From the NCBI GenBank assembly GCA_049287005.1, contig JBAQEZ010000003.1, positions 693,143-757,142 of the forward strand: a stretch of 64,000 nt of DNA. Direction: 5' to 3'. The DNA comes from Candidatus Moraniibacteriota bacterium. Its GTDB lineage: Bacteria; Patescibacteriota; Minisyncoccia; Moranbacterales; UBA1568. A program made the translations under genes and the position numbers. A model generated the notes under the pieces. It worked only from the letters and a program-made list of their open reading frames with translations, did no database searches and was not told where the DNA came from. This document shows, piece by piece, positions 1-7,599 of the stretch (the first letter of the stretch is position 1; every line of letters begins with the position of its first letter).

Positions 1-631
1 GGATAGCCGCGTTGAGCACCTGAGCTCCCTGGCTCCCGCCTAACACGAGAATGATCGGCTTCTCCAAAGAGAGACCGAACTGCTCTGCGAACCGTTCGGT
101 ATTGCCGAGCAGTAGTTCTTCACGAATAGGATTGCCGGTCAAAGCAGTCTTGTCAGCCGGAAAATAATTGTGCGCACTCGGATACGCAATCGCGATACGC
201 GACGCAAACCACGCCAGGAAACGATTGGCGCGTCCAGCCACCGCATCAGAATCATGAATGAGCACCGGGATACGATAGCACCAGGCTGCCAAAACGACCG
301 GCACCGAAGCCGATCCGCCTTTCGAAAAAACAGCGTCCGGCATAAAGACCAAAAGACGCCACAACGCCTGGATGAAACCGACGATGACCCTGAAGGGATC
401 GACGAGATTCTGCAACGAAAAATAGCGACGCCATTTTCCGGTCAAGACATACTGTGCCGGTATCCCTTCTTGTTCCATGGCATCGTTTTCAAAACTCCCT
501 CGCGAGCCGATGAAAAGCAATTCCACGTTTCCCGAAAACCTCTTGCGCAACGAACGGGCGACGGCCACGAGAGGAAACGTGTGCCCCCCTGAGATACCGC
601 CCGTCAGCACTATGCGAGGAATATCAGACAT
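1..631 (-). CDS. murG: MurG, undecaprenyl-PP-MurNAc-pentapeptide GlcNAc transferase (N-terminal ~210 aa; C-terminus lies outside the window)
   Basis: Reverse-strand translation from the ATG at 629-631 gives MSDIPRIVLTGGISGGHTFPLVAVARSL...KPIILVLGGSQGAQVLNAAI with no stop down to position 1. The GGxGGH N-terminal motif is typical of MurG. Confidence 0.8.
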   Translation of the reverse strand, partial: MSDIPRIVLTGGISGGHTFPLVAVARSLRKRFSGNVELLFIGSRGSFENDAMEQEGIPAQYVLTGKWRRYFSLQNLVDPFRVIVGFIQALWRLLVFMPDAVFSKGGSASVPVVLAAWCYRIPVLIHDSDAVAGRANRFLAWFASRIAIAYPSAHNYFPADKTALTGNPIREELLLGNTERFAEQFGLSLEKPIILVLGGSQGAQVLNAAI

Positions 632-724
632 AAGAAGAAGATAAAGAATAAGAGATGCATGACGCGAGATAAGGGATAAAAATCATGCACGACACATCAC
701 TTATCTCTTCTCATTCATCGGGTA

Positions 725-1843
725 TCATTTTGCATTTAGTGTAGAATGTTTGGAGATATTAAGCAAGATTCCTATCGATGCCAAAAGTACGGCCAAGGAT
801 GTTCCGCCAAAGCTGATAAATGGCAAAGGAATACCTGTGAGTGGTATCAGTCCGCTGATGGCTGACATATTGATAAACGCCTGAAAAACGACCCAGGACA
901 CGATACCGACGGCCACCAGCTTGCCGAATTCATCCGGTGCGAAACGGGCTATGCGGAGTCCTCTGTAGGCGACAAAAAGAAACAGGGAAACGATGACCGT
1001 CGTGCCGATCAGCCCCAGTTCCTCTCCCAGAATCGCGAATATAGAATCTGTCACCGGCTCAGGCAGATAGTTGAATTTCTGCCGGCTCTGTCCCAGCCCC
1101 GCGCCGAAAACTCCACCGGATCCGATAGCCAAGAGCGCCTGCGTCATCTGGTAGCCGAACCCTTGCGGATCATGTTCGGGATTCACGTAGACCAAAAAGC
1201 GCTGCAATCGATAAGGGGCCATTTTGATGAGAATGATCAGAAACGCGAAGCCCGTCAGGAAAAGGTACGCGATATGACGGATATTGGCTCCCGATGCGAA
1301 AAAAATTGAAAGAGCAATAAAAAAGATCAGTCCCAGAGTTCCGGTATCCGGCTGCTTGATGATGAGAAACCCCACGATGGAAAGAATGCCGAGAAAAGGT
1401 ACGAAGCCTTCGAAAAAATCAGCAGATTTGATCTTTCCCTTGCTCGAAAACCAAGCAGCCAAATACAAAATGATAGCCAGTTTCATCACTTCGGATGGCT
1501 GGAAAGAAACAGGTCCGATCTGCACCCAGCGTGCCGCCCCATAGACGGTCGTACCGAAGCCCGGGACAAACACGAGCACCAACAATCCCAAAGCCACAAA
1601 AAATATCGGCACCACGAACCGCTGCCATACCCGATAATGAATACGCTGAAAGACATAGAGCAGAACCAGTCCGACTCCCAATCCCAACAGCTGCTGCTTG
1701 AAAAAATAATACGCGTCGCCAAAGCGCGTGCGTCCGTACAGCACTCCGGCACTCGCAATCATCAGCAATCCGATACCCAGAAGTATCAAGATGGCTACAA
1801 GAAGCGGCCGATCGATAGTCCTCTCCCGATTATTCATAGACAT
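725..1843 (-). CDS. ftsW: SEDS-family peptidoglycan glycosyltransferase (FtsW/RodA); called FtsW because it sits immediately upstream of murG
   Basis: 374-aa polytopic ORF. The ORF-track start at 1849 is a GTG; the first ATG is at 1843. The ftsW-murG order matches the dcw cluster. Confidence 0.8.
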   Translation of the reverse strand: MSMNNRERTIDRPLLVAILILLGIGLLMIASAGVLYGRTRFGDAYYFFKQQLLGLGVGLVLLYVFQRIHYRVWQRFVVPIFFVALGLLVLVFVPGFGTTVYGAARWVQIGPVSFQPSEVMKLAIILYLAAWFSSKGKIKSADFFEGFVPFLGILSIVGFLIIKQPDTGTLGLIFFIALSIFFASGANIRHIAYLFLTGFAFLIILIKMAPYRLQRFLVYVNPEHDPQGFGYQMTQALLAIGSGGVFGAGLGQSRQKFNYLPEPVTDSIFAILGEELGLIGTTVIVSLFLFVAYRGLRIARFAPDEFGKLVAVGIVSWVVFQAFINMSAISGLIPLTGIPLPFISFGGTSLAVLLASIGILLNISKHSTLNAK

Positions 1844-1845
1844 AT

Positions 1846-2532
1846 TCACTGAGTGGAAATTTTTTTTGAGCGTTTCTGGCTTTCCTTTTTTGATTCTTCT
1901 TCACGCCACTTTTGAATATTATTATGATGTCCCGAAAGAAGCACTTCCGGCACTCGATGACCGCGAAACTCTTCCGGCTTTGTGTACTGAGGATATTCGA
2001 CCACATCTTCCGCCTCATGCGATTCTGTTTCCGCGCTTTCCGCGTTACCCAACACTCCGGGCAAGAGCCGCGCTACCGCATCTACCACTACCATGGAGGG
2101 AATCTCCCCTCCCGTCAGCACATATTCACCGATAGACAATTCCTCATCCGCGAAATTTTCTGCCACCCGTTCGTCAATGCCTTCATACCGGCCACAGATC
2201 AGAACTAAGCGCTCATATTGCGACAAACGCCGCGCGTCTGACTGTGTGAATTTCTTGCCCTTGGCAGAAAAAAGTATCGTGCGAGTTTTTTTCTCCGGCT
2301 TGAGCGCCTGGACGAACTCTATCGCCTCGGCCAGAGGTTCCACTTTCAATACCATGCCTGCCCCGCCACCGTATGGCGTATCATCGACTGTCTTATGCTT
2401 GTCATGAGTGAAATCACGCAGATTGTGCGTATGGATAGCGATCATCCTAGCTTCCTGGGCGCGTTTCAGAATAGACACGCCGAAATATGACGTGAAGCTT
2501 TCCGGAAAGAGTGAGATGATATCGAAACGCAT
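1846..2532 (-). CDS. trmD: tRNA (guanine37-N1)-methyltransferase TrmD
   Basis: MRFDIISLFPESF... N-terminus and SPOUT-type sequence. The ORF-track start at 2553 is TTG; the ATG is at 2530-2532. The gene overlaps ftsW by 4 nt. Confidence 0.85.
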   Translation of the reverse strand: MRFDIISLFPESFTSYFGVSILKRAQEARMIAIHTHNLRDFTHDKHKTVDDTPYGGGAGMVLKVEPLAEAIEFVQALKPEKKTRTILFSAKGKKFTQSDARRLSQYERLVLICGRYEGIDERVAENFADEELSIGEYVLTGGEIPSMVVVDAVARLLPGVLGNAESAETESHEAEDVVEYPQYTKPEEFRGHRVPEVLLSGHHNNIQKWREEESKKESQKRSKKISTQ

Positions 2533-2672
2533 TTTGAAGAAGATAAAAAACAAGAGATGCCAGATAAGTTATAAATAATGAAAGAAAAAAACAAATAAGA
2601 TATCATGCATCTCTTATCACTCATCACGCATCCTTTTCTCTAGTGTATCATAAAAAATATCCCTTACAAAAG

Positions 2673-2700
2673 CAAAAATGCCCAGGGTGGGCATTTTTGC
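2673..2700. terminator. Bidirectional intrinsic terminator (stems atgccca/tgggcat flanked by A and T runs) downstream of DUF4012 gene 1
   Basis: aaaaATGCCCAgggTGGGCATttttt; perfect 7-bp stem with a U-run on both strands. Confidence 0.6.
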
Positions 2701-2723
2701 AAAGAGCACACATGCAAACCATA

Positions 2724-4094
2724 TCATTTCATCTCACTCAACACGCTATCTCGATTGAGTACAAAACTCTTCTCTTCTCTGGATCCATCTGCCTTGATAA
2801 CCGTGACCGTGACCGGTACATCACTGAGTCCCGGCTGTTTTTGTATTTTCAGATCATACCACTGCCGCCTGAAGTCTTGCGGCAACGTATATTCGAACGT
2901 CACTGTCTTTTCCGTCAAAATCGGTACCTGTACCAATACGCCGAAATATTTCTTACCAAACGCTTCACCATACACAGGATCTTTGGCAGCAGACGTGACG
3001 TTACTCAGATAACTTCCACGCGGCACATACGCGCGAAGGAACACCTGATAATCTTTGGCGAACCAATCACGCGTCTTGGCAGTGTTCCGGTACGTCACGG
3101 CAAGCGTTGCCCGTGGCGCTGGAGCGGTAAGATCGATCGTATACGCATAGGAGCGCTTCATGAAATAATCGCTTTTGAAAGAATTGAGATTCGCGTCAAC
3201 CAGGAAGAGATAATCATTCTTCCAATGATCATCCACTGCGCCATCCCAGCCAGCAAGAGAAACTTGTGCCTGCAAAAGCTCGTCTTTGAAAAGCAATTGG
3301 ATATCTTTCTTGTGCAAATCATCCAGGACCGTTTTGAACAAATCATATTTTTTGGCCAGCGAGAGATCCTTCACGCGATGGAGAATCTCCAGCCCCAAGA
3401 TGCTCATGACCGATTTGCGTTCGCCGAAAGCGATATTCTGCTTGAGATACCCTTGTTCCACCTGATACTCGAGATCAAGAATGGCGTTATCCGCACCATA
3501 CGTTCCAGGGAAACCCTCAATGGCGACCGGACCGGTCACGCGGAGGAACGATGTCAGCACGTTCGTCGTCACCGCCACCACGCCGTCGAAATGCTCTGCC
3601 CCCTGTCCCATCTGATAGAACGTCTCTGCCCACTGCGCATTTTCCCCGAAATCCGGAGAATAGTTCGAATCACGCAGCTTCCACGAATCGATGCGGAGCG
3701 TCTCTTGCAGCGGATACGGCGGCTTGACGGTACTAGGAATACGTCCGTCGAAATTGCCGGTATCATGCACGGAGAAATCCACAATGCTGCCATCTCGTAC
3801 CTTCAAGATACCGAATGATCCGATGAAACCGCCGCCTGGGCGCAGTTCCAGATTATTCTGAAAAAGAATCAGGAAGGTTTTTTCCTTTCCGTCCGTGTGC
3901 AGTACCGCATCAGCCAGGGACATCACCGTTTCCAGATCAGTCTTCGTTTCTTGCGCCAGCGGCGCGAATCCGAGCAGCCGCTTGAGGCTCTCGAAGCCCT
4001 GGTTTTTTACTTCCCAATACACGAACCAGCCGGACAGAAAAAGAATCGATCCGATGATGAAGGTTGCCCAAAATTTTGTAGAATATTGTTTCAT
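2724..4094 (-). CDS. DUF4012-domain membrane-anchored protein (paralog 1), cell-surface polysaccharide associated
   Basis: N-terminal TM segment followed by the LILFQNNLELRPGGGFIGSFG motif characteristic of DUF4012. The ATG at 4092-4094 overlaps the stop of the upstream gene (TAATG). Confidence 0.7.
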   Translation of the reverse strand: MKQYSTKFWATFIIGSILFLSGWFVYWEVKNQGFESLKRLLGFAPLAQETKTDLETVMSLADAVLHTDGKEKTFLILFQNNLELRPGGGFIGSFGILKVRDGSIVDFSVHDTGNFDGRIPSTVKPPYPLQETLRIDSWKLRDSNYSPDFGENAQWAETFYQMGQGAEHFDGVVAVTTNVLTSFLRVTGPVAIEGFPGTYGADNAILDLEYQVEQGYLKQNIAFGERKSVMSILGLEILHRVKDLSLAKKYDLFKTVLDDLHKKDIQLLFKDELLQAQVSLAGWDGAVDDHWKNDYLFLVDANLNSFKSDYFMKRSYAYTIDLTAPAPRATLAVTYRNTAKTRDWFAKDYQVFLRAYVPRGSYLSNVTSAAKDPVYGEAFGKKYFGVLVQVPILTEKTVTFEYTLPQDFRRQWYDLKIQKQPGLSDVPVTVTVIKADGSREEKSFVLNRDSVLSEMK

Positions 4095-5197
4095 TACTTT
4101 CCTACATTGGCCAATAATTCATTCAAGCGACGCTTGTATGCCTCCTGTGTCGGTTCGCTCTGCTCTCGTTCTGCCGATAGAGCGGGTGATGCTGCTTCCG
4201 GAAAAAAAGCCGAAGAATCCTCTCGTGACTGTGCTAAAGACATGTCCGTTTCCTCCGACGCTGTCTCAAATTCGAAGGGCAAAGATGTTTCATCGGCCAC
4301 AGGCAGATCCGTCTCATCAGGCGCGGTAGGCAAGTTGGCCGGAGCCTGAGAATGTTTCACGGCGTGCTCTCCATAGATGCGAGGAGCCACAACGGTTTCT
4401 GGGAATTGACCTTCGAAAGGAAGTGTGTGCGGTTTTTCAGGAATAAATTTTTTCGGATCGATCCACAGCGCCGTATCACTGACACCGAATTCAGGATAAG
4501 CACGTCGCGCGAGAGCTTCATCAATATTGGACTTTTCTGACTCAGCAAAAACGTCCGAAAAAGAGATGAGTTTGCTTTTTATACCGATCAATTCAGGCAC
4601 TGCGCGCAAGAGAAAGAAAAAGAGCATTGTCACAGCAAGACCGGAGAAGAGAACCGTTCCGCCATATAACCATGGTGTTCGGATAGCATAAGAGACGATC
4701 GGTCCGTCGACCATACGCATATCGGCATCCGTTCTCACGTTATAATAGAAACTCGCGATCGCAAACATCGATTGCGCCGTCTGTAGCGCCAATCGCCTGA
4801 CCTTCTCCGGCGTATCTCCGTTCGCCCGAATGATGAGTACGCCGCTTCCGTCTTGTTTCGTTACGGATACCGTGTTATTCCATTGTACCTTGCGTTTATC
4901 CGGGGTATATCCGTCAAAATCATCGTCGATGAGATCATTCTCAGAAAGGACACGATTATAAAATGAGAGTGTCTGTGTCAGCTCTGCCATATTGGCTGCT
5001 ACCTCACCGGAGGTCTCTGTCGTACCGGATCTGGCAACGACCAGCACGATCACCTCCGCGTTATAGCCACGAAAATAATCCAGCCAAAACAATCCGGCTG
5101 CCAACGTGACAAAAACCAATGTCACCATGAAGGCGCGGCCGAAGGGAGAGGCGATAAATTTATTTCGTACGATATGAGGCATAGTGTTCTTTGACAT
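4094..5197 (-). CDS. Polysaccharide co-polymerase (Wzz/CpsC-like) membrane protein with an acidic C-terminal tail
   Basis: Two TM segments flank an extracytoplasmic domain, followed by an acidic Pro/Glu-rich tail. The start is uncertain (ATGs at 5197, 5182 and 5254) and overlaps the 3' end of the GT4 gene. Confidence 0.5.
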   Translation of the reverse strand: MSKNTMPHIVRNKFIASPFGRAFMVTLVFVTLAAGLFWLDYFRGYNAEVIVLVVARSGTTETSGEVAANMAELTQTLSFYNRVLSENDLIDDDFDGYTPDKRKVQWNNTVSVTKQDGSGVLIIRANGDTPEKVRRLALQTAQSMFAIASFYYNVRTDADMRMVDGPIVSYAIRTPWLYGGTVLFSGLAVTMLFFFLLRAVPELIGIKSKLISFSDVFAESEKSNIDEALARRAYPEFGVSDTALWIDPKKFIPEKPHTLPFEGQFPETVVAPRIYGEHAVKHSQAPANLPTAPDETDLPVADETSLPFEFETASEETDMSLAQSREDSSAFFPEAASPALSAEREQSEPTQEAYKRRLNELLANVGK

Positions 5198-6332
5198 TAC
5201 TGTACTGACGCAGGGCATCTTCATACACTTCGAGCGTCTTTTGCGCGATGGCATCCCAGCTATATTCCTGTTCTGCCCGCTCTTTGGCGATAGCGCCGAT
5301 CACGGCAGCCTCTTCTGGACGATTGATATAATAGGCCAGTTCTTTTTTCAAAGACTCCACATCCTTCACCGTGAAACTGATACCGCTGCCGTTCCGGATG
5401 GCTTCCATATTGGCAGGAATGTCACTCACGATGGGCAACAGGCCATATGCCATAGCTTCCAGCAGCGCCAGTGACAGTCCCTCCTCTTCCGATGGCTGAA
5501 CGAACAAGGACGCGTGAGAGAAAAAAACTGCCAGATCCTTACCGTGGAGCTCGCCGGTGAAGACGATGTTGCGAGCTCCTTCGCTCAAAACCCTGAGATA
5601 TTTCTCATACTCCTGCGTGTAGGCATGCGTACCCACGATGACCAGCTTGAAATTATTCGGCACTTTGTTCTGACGTTCCAATTCCCGGAAGGCCTTGATG
5701 AGATAATGTATCCCCTTGTGCTCGACCAGGCGGCTCACCGATAAGATATAGCGCTTCGGACGGATGCCCCACTGATTGAGCAGCGCGGCATCCGGCTCAT
5801 ATTCGACTTCCGCGCCGTTCGGAATAAAGGAAAAATTCTTCTTGTACGTCTTTTTCGCGTACGCCAAAAGCGTTTCGCTGATCACGATAGTCTTCTCCGG
5901 CACCACGCACGTGAGATATTCGGCGATACGCAGGCAAAGCCGCGCGAACCATCCCCATTTCTTATGAAAATAGTCCCTCGTATGGAACGTCGCCACGACG
6001 CGTATCCCCGGACGGAAAATCCGCGGCAGTATTGTAAAGACGCTGGGTCCGATAGAATGATAGTGTACGACATCGTAATTCTGAAACAGCATATGCGCCG
6101 TCGCAAACAACGCGTGGCTGATCGCTTCCAGGTGCTTGGTGCGGATGCTCGGTATATGGATCAGCTTCACGCCCGCATACTCAGTCAGGCTCGGATCGGT
6201 ATAATGCGAACGGACATAGACAAAAACCTCTTGGCCGGAAGCCGCCAAACGTGTCGCCAATTTCTCGACGTGCTTTTCAACGCCGCCGGAGAGACTGGGG
6301 ATTCCTTTTTGTCCGATGAAGGCGATCCTCAT
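5160..6332 (-). CDS. GT4 glycosyltransferase with DUF1972-type N-terminus (rhamnosyltransferase-like)
   Basis: MRIAFIGQKGIPSLSGGVEKHVEKL N-terminus plus a C-terminal EEGLSLALLEAMAYGLLPIVSD GT4 motif. Confidence 0.8.
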   Translation of the reverse strand: MRIAFIGQKGIPSLSGGVEKHVEKLATRLAASGQEVFVYVRSHYTDPSLTEYAGVKLIHIPSIRTKHLEAISHALFATAHMLFQNYDVVHYHSIGPSVFTILPRIFRPGIRVVATFHTRDYFHKKWGWFARLCLRIAEYLTCVVPEKTIVISETLLAYAKKTYKKNFSFIPNGAEVEYEPDAALLNQWGIRPKRYILSVSRLVEHKGIHYLIKAFRELERQNKVPNNFKLVIVGTHAYTQEYEKYLRVLSEGARNIVFTGELHGKDLAVFFSHASLFVQPSEEEGLSLALLEAMAYGLLPIVSDIPANMEAIRNGSGISFTVKDVESLKKELAYYINRPEEAAVIGAIAKERAEQEYSWDAIAQKTLEVYEDALRQYSNVKEHYASYRTK

Positions 6333-6367
6333 ACGAGATTGAATAGTGTAATGGAAAGTTACCGTGG

Positions 6368-7324
6368 TTAGAAACCGCGCACCACTCCGGAAATAGAACC
6401 CGAAGCATTTTGATCAATGCGGTTGTTGTTCACTCCGGTACCATAAATCAGTCCGCCGAAAGCATTGGATCCCGATACGGTGCGAGCGACGCGAGCGATA
6501 CCATAACGACCATTTTTGATGATCGTCGCCTTCTTGAAGCCGATGTTTCCAGCGGCACCATAAGAATTGATTTCCACTCCCTCGCGACCGTTATTGCGAA
6601 TAGTATTCTTCTTGCTCCAAATCTCAGAACCATCCAAGACCAATTTGGCGCCGCTTCCCCTGTTGCCGCTGAAACTGTTGTTTTCGAGCCATGCCTCGGT
6701 ACCCATGGCAAGATCCATGCCATCACCCTTATTGAGCGTGATAAAGCTATCGATCAGCACGATAAAACGCTTCTCCGCGAAAATACCAGCCCGATCATTT
6801 CGGGTAATTTCTACCGTATCCAACAACACCCGGTACCGCTTGTTCGTGGCGGCAGAATCGATATGGATGCCATCACGCTGGCTATCTTTAACGACGACAT
6901 TGAAAAGATGCGCCTTGGCATCTGACAGGATACGCACTCCGTGACGTCCGCCTTTGACCGTGACGTAGCTCAGCTCGGCCTCGTCTTTCATCGCTACGGT
7001 CGGTTTATCGTCGTTATCCGCCTTGATAATCACCTTATCGCGCTTTTCGCTATCACCCATCACTTTGACATTTTTCGGAATGGTAATATTTTCTTTATAC
7101 GTGCCGTTCTTGACGCGTACCTCCGTACCGCCCTTCACATGATCCAACGCCTGGGAAATACTGTGGTATGGATGAGCAGCCGTGCCATCTGCGGTGCCGC
7201 TCGCATCTTGATCGACGAACACCGTCTTGGACCCGCCAAAAACAACAACAGGCAAAGCCACGATGAGACCAAAAGCCAGGCCGATAAAAACCTCTTTGGA
7301 AAGCCAAAAACTTTGTTGTTGCAT
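6368..7324 (-). CDS. Membrane-anchored right-handed parallel beta-helix protein (DUF1565/pectate-lyase-fold-like)
   Basis: N-terminal TM then VDQDASGTADGTAAHPYHSISQAL and repeated NG/NN-rich beta-helix repeats. Confidence 0.65.
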   Translation of the reverse strand: MQQQSFWLSKEVFIGLAFGLIVALPVVVFGGSKTVFVDQDASGTADGTAAHPYHSISQALDHVKGGTEVRVKNGTYKENITIPKNVKVMGDSEKRDKVIIKADNDDKPTVAMKDEAELSYVTVKGGRHGVRILSDAKAHLFNVVVKDSQRDGIHIDSAATNKRYRVLLDTVEITRNDRAGIFAEKRFIVLIDSFITLNKGDGMDLAMGTEAWLENNSFSGNRGSGAKLVLDGSEIWSKKNTIRNNGREGVEINSYGAAGNIGFKKATIIKNGRYGIARVARTVSGSNAFGGLIYGTGVNNNRIDQNASGSISGVVRGF

Positions 7325-7354
7325 AGAAATGAAATATTAGGTCTTAAACGTTAT

Positions 7355-7383
7355 ATACTAGCAAAATTCCGGCTTTTTGTCAA
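7355..7383 (-). promoter_or_regulatory. Sigma70-like promoter for the beta-helix gene (TTGACA-17-TAGTAT)
   Basis: Reverse strand: TTGACAaaaagccggaattttgcTAGTATataacg, about 30 nt upstream of the ATG at 7324. Confidence 0.45.
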
Positions 7384-7474
7384 TAGTTCCCTTTTCCGTT
7401 ACAATAAGGGAGTTCATCAAGTATATAAAGCGCATCAAGTTCATAAAGTTCATTAAGTAAGGCTTATTTGTCCG

Positions 7475-7599
7475 CTTTATAAACTTTTTAACTTTACGAA
7501 TTTTCAAACTTCACAAACTCATTCACTTTTTACTTTCAAACTTTATAAACTCTTTCGCCTTTTAACTTTACAAATCTTCTAAATTTCAAACTCTTTTCT
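7475..7599 (+). repeat. AT-rich imperfect tandem repeat (units of about 66 and 59 bp) abutting the acs start codon
   Basis: CTTTATAAAC appears twice (7475, 7541), TAACTTTAC twice (7489, 7563) and TTTCAAACT three times (7502, 7534, 7584). There is no Shine-Dalgarno before the ATG at 7600. Confidence 0.6.

Noticed and set aside
170-592. 140-aa plus-strand ORF at the window start
   Set aside because: Antisense to the murG N-terminal region, which translates cleanly with canonical MurG motifs.
632-2723. Weak similarity between the murG-ftsW spacer (about 650-720) and the trmD upstream spacer (about 2555-2640)
   Set aside because: Only short shared words (aagagatgc, atcatgca, cttatc) are present, consistent with AT-rich promoter composition rather than a repeat element.
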